Below are positions 38,821 to 49,644 of a stretch of 64,000 bases of DNA, piece after piece. The first letter of the stretch is position 1. Each line of letters opens with the position of its first letter. Source of the DNA: Peptococcia bacterium (GTDB lineage Bacteria > Bacillota > Peptococcia > Peptococcales > SKKY01). The translations under genes were made by a program, and so were the position numbers. The notes under the pieces were generated by a model. The model was not told the DNA's origin and did no database searches. It worked only from the letters and a program-made list of their open reading frames with translations. The stretch spans positions 1,588,023-1,652,022 of the forward strand of contig OZ245787.1 of assembly GCA_965228015.1 (NCBI GenBank), read 5' to 3'.

Positions 38821-40633
38821 TCAGCCAATAACACAAACACTTCCTTCTTGCTCCTTGCAGAGGGATTTTATTTTCCCCGCCGCCTCGCTAAGTTCAAAAA
38901 CACTGCGATACTGCCCGGACTTCCCGTAAACCAGGGCGATAGATAATGAGGTCAAATTAAAACGCTGTTTTTTCCCTTGCCGGTTTTTCTCATAAAAATA
39001 TCCAAGTTTAATATCATCTTCAGGGAAGAAAACTCTTTTCTCCTTCTCAAAATTTTTAATAATATTTTCCGCCAAGGCCTTCCTCTCCGGAATGCTTCCA
39101 GGTAAAGTTATTACAAAATCATCCCCGCCGATATGCCCGATAAAAGCAGAGTTTCCTTTCAAATTGCAAATATTATCCAGCTGATTTTTGGCAATCTGCC
39201 CCGTGAGGGAAATTAATAAATCCCCACGCTCAAATCCATACTTGTCGTTAAAAGGCTTAAAATTGTCCAGATCTAGATACAAAACGCAGTAATCTAAGAC
39301 ATTCCTGAAGATTTTTTTCGATCATAATGTTTCCCGGAAGCCCTGTCAGAGGGTTAGAATGCCGGGCGATACTCAGTTCGATCTGACTGGTTTTTTCCAG
39401 CAAATCTTTAATTGTCACCACACCGAAGTAGGATCCATCCCGAATAATAATTATGTGATCATAAATACTCTCATTATCCCGGTTCATACTTGTGCGGGAA
39501 ACATCCCGGATAGGCATATTGTAATCCAAAATCATGGGAGCAGAATCCATCAGTCCGGCAACATTTTTCTTCAGAAAAAGTTCCAATCCATATTGGCGGC
39601 CAATCAGGAAATAAAACTTGTTACGCATAACCAATCCCATAGGACGGCCATCTTCTAAAACAGGTATTCCTAATATTTCTGGATGAGAGCGGAAGATTTT
39701 ATCTAAATCATGACCTTGAGCGTTAGTACCTACTGTAATTTCAGCTTTTACTATACTTCCAACATTTATATCCAGTAGAAAACACTGGGATGAACTCTGA
39801 CAATTTAGATCAGCCAAAAGTTTGATTTGATTTTGGGAGTCTTTGTTTAAGATAAAATCTGTCTGAGAAGGCCGTTTAAGAAAATACCCCTGGCCGTAAT
39901 CTACTCCAATGCGAATTAAAGTTTCCAGTTCGTCAAGAGTTTCGATACCCTCGGCAATCATTTTTATCCCGCTGGACTGGCAGAAACTTTTAAAAGTTTT
40001 CAAAAGAGACTGTTTTGTAAGATCCTTGTCGATGTCCCGAACCAGAGCCATATCAATTTTCAAAAACTCTGGGCGGGTTGCCACCAGCATACTTAAATTA
40101 GAGTAGCCAGTGCCTACATCATCAATAGCAATCTGATAGCCCTGCTCCCGGTAATTTTTCAATGCAGTAGCGTAAAGATCTTGATAAGCCACAGAATTGT
40201 GCTCTGTAATTTCAAAAACAACATTTTTTGCAGAAATGCCATATTCCTCCAAAGATTTTTTGGTTAGGCCGGATTGATATTTAGAGTCGTTAAAAATATC
40301 TGCATCTACATTAATAAAAAGAAGTTGCCCCTCCTGCAAAAAGCTCCGGGAGTTTTCCAACGCCTGCTGACGGCAAAGATACTCAATATCCCAAAGAAAA
40401 TCATTTTCTTTAGCGTAAGCCAGAAGAGCAAGAGGAGACTCAAAATCAGAACCCTCAGGTCCCCGGCTTAAAGCCTCGTAACCTAAAATCTCACCATTTT
40501 TTAAAGAAACAATAGGTTGGAAAAGAGATTTAATATTTTTTTGATTAAGAATTCTTAAAAATTCGTAATAACGTTTATATATTGTTGTATAATTTATCAT
40601 ATGAGACAATTTTCTCATCATCCTGCAAATCAC
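38821..40633 (-). pseudogene. EAL - CBS - GGDEF signalling protein, split by a frameshift before the GGDEF domain
   Basis: ORF 39257-40633: EALSRGP.., ..DDVGTGYSNL.., CBS pair, ..NPLTGLPGN. ORF 38821-39282: YLDLDNFKPFNDKYGFERGD..GHIGGDDFVI (GGDDF variant). The junction near 39285 is not at a homopolymer. Confidence 0.75.
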
Positions 40634-40707
40634 CCTGAATTTATTCTAGAGAAAGCAGAATGAATTAAAGTTAAATTATTGTTATTTTTATGTTAAGGGG
40701 AATTAAG

Positions 40708-42417
40708 ATGTACAAAGCAGTAGAAAAAATTATCCGCAGAAAATGGGACACGTCCCTTGGAATGAAAAGGGGAAACGGTTGCGAACACGGAAACATCCCC
40801 AGCGCAAGTGATGCAAGCGGGGACACTTCTAGAGATGTGAAAATTTCCAGAGTTGAGGGAAGTTCCCCCCCACCCGTTATCATTTTAGGCCTTTCAGGTG
40901 GTCCCGATTCCATGGCCCTTTTCCATATATTAAATAAATTAAGGGAAAAATATTCCTTTAAACTTGTTGCGGCTCACGTGAACCACATGTTCCGGGGAGA
41001 AGAGGCGGATGAGGAAGAAGCCTATCTGCAAAAAATGGTTAAAGAACTTGTCTCTCAGTCAGATGCCGGCTTGACCATTGAAACTCTTCGAGTGGATGTA
41101 AAGAAAATCGCTCAGGAAAGAAAACTTTCTAATCAGGATGCCGGACATCAGGTGCGGAAAGAATTTTTTCAGATGCTTAGTAAAAAATATGATGCAGATT
41201 ATGTTTTTCTCGCTCATCATCAAGATGACCGGGTTGAGAGTTTTTTTCTTCATCTTCTTCATGGCGCCGGAGTTCAGGGCTTAACGGCTCTTTCGAAAGT
41301 GGAGAATTACGGTGAAGATGGAAGCGGGTTGAAAGTAATCAGGCCATTAATAGGATTTTCCAAGGATGAGATTCTTAAATTTTGCCAGGAGCAGGGGATT
41401 TTCTATTTCAAAGATCCCAGCAATGAAAAGGCTTTGTACAATAGGAATAAAATTCGCTTGGAACTGATACCCCAGCTGGAGCAAGAATATAATCCGAAGA
41501 TTAAGGATGTAATTCTTCGCAGTGTGGAGATTCTTGAAGACGAAGATGCTTTTTTGAATGATGTAGTTCAGGAAAAGTACCAAGAGCTTGTTCGGGAGAA
41601 TTTTTCAGAGGAAGTGGCGCTGCTACTTTTAGATAAGAAAGAATTCCAAAAATTTCATAAAGGAATCCAACAGCGCCTTGTGATAAAGATTTTAAATAAA
41701 TTAGCTCCAGGAGAAGTCGGATATAACTTTGAAAAGATTGAAAAAATCCTGGAGCTTTTAAATGAAGAAAAAGGGCAGCGAAGGTACAAACTTTCCCACA
41801 ACTCCTGGCTGGAAGTGGGCTACGAGGAAGGAAAGTTTGTGCTGTATCCTCAACGGGAATCAGCTGAAAATGTCGAGGATGCAGGAAGCCATTTCGATTT
41901 TGACGTGGACATCGAAATGGACATCCACGTCGATGTCCATTTCGATAAAATCGAAATGGAAGGCCCCCTCACCTTTCAGGCCGGGGGCCAAAGCTTCACC
42001 TTCGCTGCTGTCGCAGCTGGGACGCTTCCATTCTCAGCGGGTTTTTCACATCCCCAACCTTGTGGAAAACCCGCGGAAAAAAGAAGCGTCCCAGCTTCCG
42101 CGCTGATTTTTGCTCCGGGGAAGCTTACCCTCCGCACCCGTCGGGATGGGGATGTCATTAAACCCGCCGGGGGGAAGACTAAAAAGCTGAAGAAATTTTT
42201 TATGGAGAAAAAAATTCTTCAAAATGAGCGGGACAAGATCATCCTCCTGGCCTCCGGCAAGGAAATCATCTGGATCCCCAACATGGTCATCTCCCAAAAC
42301 TATCTTCCGGAAAATCCTGCAGATTGTGTCTCTAATAAAAACAATCTTGAACAGAGTGGAAAAAAAATGTTAAAAGTCTTCTGGAGGGGGAAAGAGAGTT
42401 TGAAAAATAGCCCCTGA
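40708..42417 (+). CDS. tilS: tRNA(Ile)-lysidine synthetase with repeat-derived insertions
   Basis: PP-loop LSGGPDSMAL, HHQDDRVESF, C-terminal RTRRDGDVIKPAGG..KKLKKFF; about 100 aa longer than usual because of inserts at about 40745-40875 and 41880-42140. Confidence 0.85.
   Translation: MYKAVEKIIRRKWDTSLGMKRGNGCEHGNIPSASDASGDTSRDVKISRVEGSSPPPVIILGLSGGPDSMALFHILNKLREKYSFKLVAAHVNHMFRGEEADEEEAYLQKMVKELVSQSDAGLTIETLRVDVKKIAQERKLSNQDAGHQVRKEFFQMLSKKYDADYVFLAHHQDDRVESFFLHLLHGAGVQGLTALSKVENYGEDGSGLKVIRPLIGFSKDEILKFCQEQGIFYFKDPSNEKALYNRNKIRLELIPQLEQEYNPKIKDVILRSVEILEDEDAFLNDVVQEKYQELVRENFSEEVALLLLDKKEFQKFHKGIQQRLVIKILNKLAPGEVGYNFEKIEKILELLNEEKGQRRYKLSHNSWLEVGYEEGKFVLYPQRESAENVEDAGSHFDFDVDIEMDIHVDVHFDKIEMEGPLTFQAGGQSFTFAAVAAGTLPFSAGFSHPQPCGKPAEKRSVPASALIFAPGKLTLRTRRDGDVIKPAGGKTKKLKKFFMEKKILQNERDKIILLASGKEIIWIPNMVISQNYLPENPADCVSNKNNLEQSGKKMLKVFWRGKESLKNSP
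42019..42092. repeat. IS-free copy of the DnaA-box palindromic repeat, inside the tilS ORF
   Basis: GGGACGCTTCC attctca GCGGGTTTTTCACA tccccaac CTTGTGGAAAACCCGC ggaaaaaa GAAGCGTCCC; outer 10-bp and inner stems pair. Confidence 0.7.
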
Positions 42418-42503
42418 TGTGATAAAGTCTATTAGTATCTTTATAAATAGTTAAAAAAGTAATAAATAGCAAAAAACGATTTCAACTTGGAAGGAGAGCG
42501 TTC

Positions 42504-44429
42504 GTGAACAGAGTTTTTAAGAATCTGGCAATTTACTTATTAATAGTTTTAATTGCTGTAACTGCTTTACGGCTGACTACAACTCCTGAGGTTCAGGCTG
42601 CCCCTTTTGGCGCTTTCTCTGAATTTATGGATGCTGCTGAGGCAGGTCAGATCAAGCAGGTTAAAATAGTCACCGAGGATAATTACCAGAAAATAGATGG
42701 AGTAACAACCGACGACAGAAGTTTTTCTATAGAAGCCCCCAAGGGTTATAACGGCCTAATCGATGTAATGCGTGAAAATAAAGTTATTATCGACCAAGAG
42801 CCAACACCAGTACCACCACTGTGGTTGAGCATTATCACCAGTCTTCTGCCAATCTTGCTGATTGTAGGAATATTTTTCTTCGTTATGCAGCAAGGTCAGG
42901 GTGGCGGCGGCCGTGTTATGCAATTCGGCAAAAACAGAGCCAAACTTCAATCTGAAGATAAAGTCAAAGTTACATTTAAAGATGTTGCCGGTGCAGATGA
43001 GGTAAAAGAGGAACTGGAGGAAATTGTTGAGTTTCTTAAAACACCCAAAAAGTTCGTCGCCCTGGGAGCAAAAATCCCCAAAGGTGTCCTTCTTTTCGGA
43101 CCTCCGGGAACAGGTAAAACCTTACTTGCCAGAGCTGTAGCAGGAGAAGCAGGGGTTCCTTTCTATACAATAAGTGGTTCCGATTTCGTGGAAATGTTTG
43201 TTGGTGTAGGGGCATCCCGTGTTAGAGATTTATTCGAACAGGCTAAAAAAACATCACCTTGTATAGTATTTATAGATGAAATCGACGCCGTTGGTCGTCA
43301 AAGAGGCGCAGGTCTTGGGGGTGGTCACGATGAGAGAGAACAGACTTTGAACCAGTTATTGGTAGAGATGGATGGTTTCGATGCTAATCAAAGCGTTATC
43401 GTAATCGCAGCAACAAACAGACCTGACATCCTGGATCCAGCCCTACTAAGACCGGGAAGATTTGACAGACAGGTTACTGTAGATCGCCCTGATGTTGTTG
43501 GCAGGGAAACAATTTTGAAAGTTCACATGAGAAACAAGCCAATTGCTGAAGATGTTGACACAAGGATTCTTGCTAAAGGAACGCCAGGCTTCACAGGGGC
43601 AGATCTTGCCAACTTGGTAAACGAAGGTGCCTTGCTTGCAGCGAGAAAAGGATTGAAAAAAATCCATATGAAGGAACTTCAGCAGTCAATTGAAAGAGTA
43701 ATCGCCGGACCAGAGAAAAAATCCCGGGTTATCAGCGAATATGAAAAAAATATCGTAGCTTATCACGAAACAGGCCACGCCCTGGTTGCAGCAAAGCTGG
43801 AGCACGCAGATCAGCTGCACAAAGTTACTATTATTCCAAGGGGAAGAGCTGGTGGATATACACTATTCCTGCCTAAGGAAGATGCAAATTACGTAACCAG
43901 AAGCCAGCTTATTGATAAAGTAACCACTCTTCTTGGAGGGCGGGTTGCAGAGCAGGTAGTTCTTAAGGAAATCAGCACAGGAGCATCAAATGACCTGGAA
44001 AGAGCCACAGAAACTATTCGCAGAATGATCACTGAGTGGGGTATGTCCAAAGAACTTGGTCCAATGACCTTTGGTAACAAAAAGGATCAGGTATTCCTGG
44101 GCAGAGATATCGCCAGAGACAGAAATTACTCCGAAGCCGTTGCTTTTTCTATAGATAAAGAAGCCAGAGCGATGATCGAAGAGTGTTATCAGAAGGCAGA
44201 GAAGATTCTTACAGAGAATATGGACGCCCTGGTTCTTATCGCCGAAACTCTTAAAGAAAGAGAAACCATTGACGCCAAAGAATTCTTTGCGCTGATGGAA
44301 GGCAAGGACGACGTTTTTGAAGAAGTAGACAGAATCGAAAAAGAAAGATATCAACAAACACCAGCAGAGGAAAAACTTCCTGGGGATGAAGTTGTCCCGG
44401 AAGATCCTATAGAGAAAAAAGAAGAGTAA
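42504..44429 (+). CDS. ftsH: ATP-dependent zinc metalloprotease FtsH
   Basis: 641 aa, GTG start after GGAAGGAG; [16 protein letters not shown], zinc site HETGHAL. Confidence 0.95.
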   Translation: MNRVFKNLAIYLLIVLIAVTALRLTTTPEVQAAPFGAFSEFMDAAEAGQIKQVKIVTEDNYQKIDGVTTDDRSFSIEAPKGYNGLIDVMRENKVIIDQEPTPVPPLWLSIITSLLPILLIVGIFFFVMQQGQGGGGRVMQFGKNRAKLQSEDKVKVTFKDVAGADEVKEELEEIVEFLKTPKKFVALGAKIPKGVLLFGPPGTGKTLLARAVAGEAGVPFYTISGSDFVEMFVGVGASRVRDLFEQAKKTSPCIVFIDEIDAVGRQRGAGLGGGHDEREQTLNQLLVEMDGFDANQSVIVIAATNRPDILDPALLRPGRFDRQVTVDRPDVVGRETILKVHMRNKPIAEDVDTRILAKGTPGFTGADLANLVNEGALLAARKGLKKIHMKELQQSIERVIAGPEKKSRVISEYEKNIVAYHETGHALVAAKLEHADQLHKVTIIPRGRAGGYTLFLPKEDANYVTRSQLIDKVTTLLGGRVAEQVVLKEISTGASNDLERATETIRRMITEWGMSKELGPMTFGNKKDQVFLGRDIARDRNYSEAVAFSIDKEARAMIEECYQKAEKILTENMDALVLIAETLKERETIDAKEFFALMEGKDDVFEEVDRIEKERYQQTPAEEKLPGDEVVPEDPIEKKEE

Positions 44430-44498
44430 GAAAAAAGTAAAAAAATAAAAAGTAAAGAAATTTATTTTTAAACAAAAATTTTGGAGGTCGAAGATAAG

Positions 44499-44948
44499 AT
44501 GGAAAAAACTTTTCTAATGATTAAGCCAGACGGGGTACAAAGAGGTCTGGTTGGAGAAATCGTTAAAAGATTCGAAGCAAAAGGATTCAAAATGTTAGGA
44601 ATGAAATTAATTCAGGTTTCAGAAGAGCTTGCTGGAAAACACTATGCAGAGCATGTTGGCAAACCATTCTACCCAGGATTGATTGAATACATTACATCAG
44701 GGCCAGTTTTTGCAATGTGTTTCGCTGGAAAAAATGTAGTAGCTGAAGCAAGAAAAATGATGGGAAGCACTAACCCAGCAGATGCAGCACCAGGAACAAT
44801 CAGAGGAGACTTCGGCCAAGATATCGGCAGAAACATCATCCACGGATCAGACAGCGTAGAGAGCGCAGAAAAAGAATTAGCAGTATACTTCGATCCATCA
44901 GAAATTTTAGACTACGACTACCTGCCAGAAAAATGGTTGTTCGAGTAA
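44499..44948 (+). CDS. ndk: Nucleoside diphosphate kinase
   Basis: [21 protein letters not shown].., NIIHGSDS active-site His. Confidence 0.9.
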   Translation: MEKTFLMIKPDGVQRGLVGEIVKRFEAKGFKMLGMKLIQVSEELAGKHYAEHVGKPFYPGLIEYITSGPVFAMCFAGKNVVAEARKMMGSTNPADAAPGTIRGDFGQDIGRNIIHGSDSVESAEKELAVYFDPSEILDYDYLPEKWLFE

Positions 44949-44979
44949 AAAAGACCGCTGATTAGGGGACAGTTTGGTG

Positions 44980-46277
44980 TGACCCCCAAAAAGGGTACAC
45001 TTCTGGGACAGTAAATTTCACCAAATTAATTAAATGAAAAAATCTGTTTATAGAAGCCTTGGAGGGACACCTCCAAGGCTTCTTTGCGTCCTGTCATTAA
45101 TATAAAATTTAATGTAATCTTCAGTAATTTCTTTTATATCTTTAAAACTTTTGATTCTTTTCTTGTAGAGATTAATACTTTCTGTTTTGTAATGGCTAAA
45201 GAAACTTTCAATCTTCGCATTATCCCAGCAATTTCCTCTTCTGGACATACTTTAAACTGCTCCTAAAGACTTTAAATAGCTGGAATATTCTTTGCTTGTG
45301 TATTGAACACCTTGATCACTATGGATAACAGTATTCTTAATATCTATCTTTTTTGAAAGTTTTTCAATAGTTTTTACAGTCAGCTTGCTGTCAGGATTCT
45401 TACTGTATTCCCAGCTTACCGGTTTATTGTTAAACAGATCTAGGGCAACACACAGATATAGCTTAGAGTTTCTGTAAGGAATACAGGTAATATCTGTGGC
45501 TATTTTTTCTCCTGGGCGACTTGCCTTAAAATCCCTGTTTAATATATTGGCTTTGAATTGTTTATCATCTTGAATCCTATTCTTTTTTCTTCTGATTCTG
45601 GATCTGAGATTGTTTTCCTGCATTATTCTTTGAATCTTTTTATGATTAACAACTATTTTAAACGCATTTCTTAGCTCATTTCCTATTCTTCTGTAACCAA
45701 AAATTCCTTTTGATTTGTTATATATTTGAATAATTATTTTCTCAATGGAATCTTCTTTTTTTATTGGTTTGTCTCTGAAATTGCAATAGGCTTTTCTTTT
45801 TACTCCAGCAATTTCGCAAAGAAATTTTACTGTATATTTAAATTCCAAAGCAAATATAGCTCTGTACTTTAGCTCCCTGACTTTTGTTTTTTTAGAAATA
45901 AAGGGCTGTAAATGCTCTAATTGTTCGTAGTATTCAATTTTAGCATAAAGATGTTCTATTTCTTTTTCGTATTCAATTTCTCTTTGTGTTTTCTCAGGAA
46001 AATCTATTTTATCTGATCTGATTTTTATCTTATCCGGATCTTTCTTAGCTTCTGTTGGAAGAAGTCCTTTTTCTTTTAATTGTTTTTCCCAATTAAGAAC
46101 AAGATTTTTTGAAGATAAATTGTACTTTGCAGCAATCTTTCTTACCCCAAGATTGCTTTCGTAATATTCCTTAATTACAGAGAGTTTAAATTCATCGGAA
46201 TAGTTCTTTGTCATTAAAATCAGCCCCCAAGATTAGTATATCTTACTGTCCCAATTTTGTGTAATTTTTGGGGGTCA
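44980..46277 (-). mobile_element. IS3-family insertion sequence, dominant type, copy D (inverted)
   Basis: Same IRs; same transposase lesions as copy E (shared nonsense codon and NKPVSW variant); palindromic repeat on its left-end (inner) side. Confidence 0.85.
45048..46214 (-). pseudogene. IS3-family transposase with nonsense codon
   Basis: ..SLGAV*SMSRRGNCWDNA: TAA replaces the CAA of other copies; ORFs 45252-46214 and 45048-45248. Confidence 0.8.
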
Positions 46278-46349
46278 GACCAGTTCTATTTAGTGCGGGC
46301 TATCCACAAGAGTTACCCTGTGGATAGCCCGCTGATTTTGGAAGCGTCC
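46278..46349. repeat. DnaA-box palindromic repeat (mirror image of 53461-53531), with a 9-bp duplication at its outer end
   Basis: GTGCGGGCTATCCACAAGAGTTACCCTGTGGATAGCCCGCTGATTTTGGAAGCGTCC; boxes at 46300-46308 and 46319-46327. GAAGCGTCC (46341-46349) is repeated at 49551-49559. Confidence 0.7.
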
Positions 46350-46511
46350 GTTAGTGTAAAATAATTATGGGTAAAAAAACAAAAAAATATTAGAGCAACT
46401 CCTTATGTTACAATTAAATCGCTAAACCAAATCGCAAAAAAGGAGAAACTCTAATGAATAATAGGGGGGTGCGGACAAAAACCTGGACTAAAAATACAGG
46501 AGGATGTCCAT

Positions 46512-47288
46512 ATGTATTCCTACGAAGAAAAAATTAAAGCTGTAAAATTATTAATTAAATATGACAAATGTTATGCACAAGTAATGCGGGAGTTAGGATA
46601 CCTAGATAGAAAATCCCTAACGGCGTGGTACAAACAATATTTAAGTAATGGTGACTTAATTAAAGAATGTGAAAGAAAAGCAAAATTTTCTGAAGAAGAA
46701 AAATACAGAGCTGTTAATCATTATTTAGAACACGGAAAATGTGTACGACGCACTACAAGAATTCTTGGATATCCAAGCAGACCTACTCTTGATAAATGGA
46801 TACTAGAATTGGTGCCTGAACAAAAGAAATATTGTCGCTCAGGTAACGCATTGATAAAATATACTCGTGAACAAAAAGAAGCAGCAGTTATAGCTTTATG
46901 CTCACGGGAAAAATCGGCCAGAGAAGTAGCGAATGAAATTGGCATTACCTGTGAGAGGCTTTATAGTTGGAAAAATCAGCTTCTAAAAAAAGGGTGGAAT
47001 AGGACAATGCCAAAAAAAGATAAAGTATCCCCAAAAGTGAAAACTAATATTAGTGATGATCAAGCAAAATTATTATTAAAAGAAAAAGATGTTCTTTTAA
47101 AACAAGTGGAAGAATTAAAAAAGGATATATATCATCTTCAGTTAAAAAGAGATATTTTGGAAAAAGCAGCAGAAATAATAAAAAAAGATAAGGGCATTAG
47201 CATAAAAACACTTTCTAATAGTGAAAAAGCCATGGCGATTAATGCCCTAAGAGAGAATTTTTTTAAAAGATTTATTGATAATTCTTAA
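46512..47288 (+). CDS. IS3-family transposase, N-terminal part (HTH and leucine zipper)
   Basis: 258 aa; two HTH-like segments, coiled coil ..LLKQVEELKKDIYHLQLKRDILEKAAEIIKK. Confidence 0.75.
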   Translation: MYSYEEKIKAVKLLIKYDKCYAQVMRELGYLDRKSLTAWYKQYLSNGDLIKECERKAKFSEEEKYRAVNHYLEHGKCVRRTTRILGYPSRPTLDKWILELVPEQKKYCRSGNALIKYTREQKEAAVIALCSREKSAREVANEIGITCERLYSWKNQLLKKGWNRTMPKKDKVSPKVKTNISDDQAKLLLKEKDVLLKQVEELKKDIYHLQLKRDILEKAAEIIKKDKGISIKTLSNSEKAMAINALRENFFKRFIDNS

Positions 47289-48084
47289 CATGGCAAAAAG
47301 TAGCTATTTTTATCAGGATTTTGTATTAAGTAAAGAAGATAAATATTCCAGTTTACGTAATAAAATTAAAGAAGTTTTTATTGAATCTTCAAAACGTTAT
47401 GGTTATCGAAGAATTCATTCAGTTATAAAGAAAACCGGTATAATTATTTCAGAAAAAATTGTTAGAAGAATTATGAAAGAAGAGAAACTTTCAATACCAG
47501 GCATTAAGAAAAAGAAATACAACTCATATAAAGGTGAGATAAGCCCTGTAATGCCAAATTTGTTGAAACACAATTTTCATGCTGATAAACCAAACCAGAA
47601 GTGGCTAACAGATCTAACCGAGTTCCATATTCCTGCCGGGAAAATATATCTTTCTCCAATTATTGACTGCTTTGATGGGCTGCCAGTCAGTTGGAGTATT
47701 GGAACCTCTCCTGATGCCACATTGGTAAATACAATGTTAGACAAAGCCATCAGCACTTTAAATAAAAATGAAAGACCTATAGTACATACAGATCGTGGAG
47801 CACACTATCGTTGGCCTGGCTGGATTGAGAGAATGAAAAAAGCTCATCTTGTTCGTTCTATGTCAAAGAAAGGTTATTCTCCAGATAATTCTGCATGCGA
47901 GGGTTTCTTTGGCAGAGTAAAAAACGAAATGTTTTATGGATATTCATGGAAAGAAGTCACAATAAAACAATTTATTGAAATATTAGATGAATATTTAAGG
48001 TGGTATGCAGAAAAAAGAATTAAAATTTCCTTTGGGGGAATGAGTCCATTGACTTATAGAAAAAGCTTAGGTTTAATTGCTTAG
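47275..48084 (+). CDS. IS3-family transposase, catalytic part (rve/DDE)
   Basis: ..WLTDLTEF.., HTDRGAHY, YSPDNSACEGFFGRVKNE. It lies in the +1 frame relative to the upstream part and would fuse if the T7 run 47258-47264 were T6. Confidence 0.75.
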   Translation: MIILNMAKSSYFYQDFVLSKEDKYSSLRNKIKEVFIESSKRYGYRRIHSVIKKTGIIISEKIVRRIMKEEKLSIPGIKKKKYNSYKGEISPVMPNLLKHNFHADKPNQKWLTDLTEFHIPAGKIYLSPIIDCFDGLPVSWSIGTSPDATLVNTMLDKAISTLNKNERPIVHTDRGAHYRWPGWIERMKKAHLVRSMSKKGYSPDNSACEGFFGRVKNEMFYGYSWKEVTIKQFIEILDEYLRWYAEKRIKISFGGMSPLTYRKSLGLIA

Positions 48085-48108
48085 GTCCAAAAAAACGTCC
48101 ACACCCCC

Positions 48109-49489
48109 ATATTATACATGAAATTGCAACTAAAATCAGTAAAGAAATAGCAGAAAATATGGAAACAACTTTAATTGAGGGAAATAATATATCTGAATTC
48201 ATTTTAAAAACCAAAAAAATGCTGGATGAAGTTGGGGTTGCAATTACAGAAAAAGTACTTGAAACTGTAGATATTTTAGTTAAAAAAGATTGTGCAAGAA
48301 AAAGAGACTGGAAAATAAAGGAAACAAAGTCGAAGAAAAGTTTGGCGACGATATTTGGTGAAGTAACCTATAAAAGAACGTATTATGTTTATAAAATTAC
48401 CGGTGAATATAAATACTTATCTGATGAAGCTGTTGGTATTGAAGCAAATGACAGAATGGATATATTGCTAGAATCAATGTTAATAGAAGAAGCAATAGAG
48501 ATACCATACAGAAAAAGTAGCGAAAAAATATCGAAGAATGTATATCTTACTAGTCAAACAGTAATGAATTCTATTAGAAAGCTTAAAGATATTTCTAATC
48601 ATGCAGCACCAGTGAAAAAAACTGATTCTCAAGCTAAGATTTTGTACATCGAAGCTGATGAAGATCATGTTTCACTTCAAAGAGGAACATGTGCCGAACC
48701 TAGATTAATTTATGTTCACGAAGGTAAGTGAAAGGTAAGTAAAGATAGATATGAATTAATAAATCCCAGATACTTTAGTGGTCTCTACCAAGATAGTGCT
48801 GATTTATGGCTTGAAGTAGCTGATTATATTGATAGCAACTATGAAGAAGAAACTATCGAAAAGATATATTTATCAGGAGATGGAGCCAACTGGATAAAAC
48901 AAGGCAAAGAATGGATTAAAGATAGTATCTATGTTTTAGATAGATACTATTTGTCGAAATATATAAAGAAGGCAACTGCTCATATGAAAGGCACACACCA
49001 AATGATGTGGTATTACATAAATACGAAAAGGAAAGATTTCGTAAAAGATTTATTCAAAGCAATAATTGAAGAAACAGAATCAGAAACAAAAAATAGAAGC
49101 AATAAAAGATGCTAGAAGTTATGTGTTAAATAATTGGGAAGGTATAATGAATCAATATGACCCGGATTATATAGGCTGTAGCACAGTAGGCCATATTAGT
49201 CATATATTATCTGCAAGATTAAGTTCAAGGCCTCTAAGCTGGTGCAGAGAAGGTGTTGATCAAATGTCACGTCTGAGGGCTTTTAAGGCTAATTCAGGTA
49301 ATGTATATGATTTAGTAAAAGAAAGAAGCAAGAAAAACAGAAACAAGAATCATAAAATTAGAAAGCCGTGTTATAAAAAAAGCTACGAACCTAATATCAG
49401 ATGAGAAATTCGGTAATGTGCCAGTAGTTTTAATTGGCAAGAGAACTTGGAAAAGAGAATTATTTAAAAGGATAGCGAGTGCGATTTAG
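48109..49489 (+). pseudogene. ISLre2-family transposase, main part (first three codons at 46454-46463); nonsense plus frameshifts
   Basis: ..RKRDWKIKETKSKKSLATIFGEVTYKRTYY..; in-frame TGA at 48730 (..VHEGK*KVSKDRYELINPRYF); frame changes near 49090 and at the A7 run 49375-49381. Confidence 0.7.
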
Positions 49490-49566
49490 CACGTAATACA
49501 TACAAGGAGTTTTTTTATTCTTTTAAAACCCATAATTAATTGACACGATCGAAGCGTCCCCTCCGC

Positions 49567-49594
49567 TTGATTACCTGAAAAAAAATGGTATAAT
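49567..49594 (+). promoter_or_regulatory. Putative sigma-A promoter of prfA-prmC
   Basis: TTGATT (49567-49572), 16-nt spacer, TGgTATAAT extended -10 (49589-49594 hexamer). The -10 sits in the loop of hairpin ACCTGAAAAAA/TTTTTTCAGGT. Confidence 0.5.
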
Positions 49595-49644
49595 TTTTTC
49601 AGGTAAATTTAATATATTTTAATTATTAAGGTGGAATTTATAAA

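Larger units (their letters stand above)
46464..48108 (+). mobile_element. Second IS3-family element (1645 bp) inserted into codon 3-4 of the ISLre2 transposase
   Basis: IRs GGGGGGTGCGGACAAAAACCTGGAC / GGTCCAAAAAAACGTCCACACCCCC; 3-bp duplication ATA (46461-46463 and 48109-48111). Removing it restores ATG AAT AAT ATT ATA CAT GAA.. (MNNIIHEIATKISKE). Confidence 0.85.
46350..49550 (+). mobile_element. ISLre2-family (UPF0236 transposase) element carrying a nested IS3-type element
   Basis: IRs GTTAGTGTAAAATAATTATGGG / CCCATAATTAATTGACACGATC; flanked by the 9-bp direct repeat GAAGCGTCC; about 1553 bp without the nested IS. Confidence 0.75.

Noticed and set aside
41762-42297. Three extra ORFs (41762-42106 plus strand, 41976-42158 and 42046-42297 minus strand) inside tilS
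   Set aside because: They are open only because the segment is GC-rich palindromic repeat DNA. They overlap the tilS frame, which has recognisable motifs on both sides.
47250-47290. Programmed -1 ribosomal frameshift between the two ORFs of the second IS3-type element
   Set aside because: The downstream ORF is in the +1, not -1, frame relative to the upstream ORF. The join is at a T7 run, so a one-base run-length difference in a single-ORF transposase is more likely.
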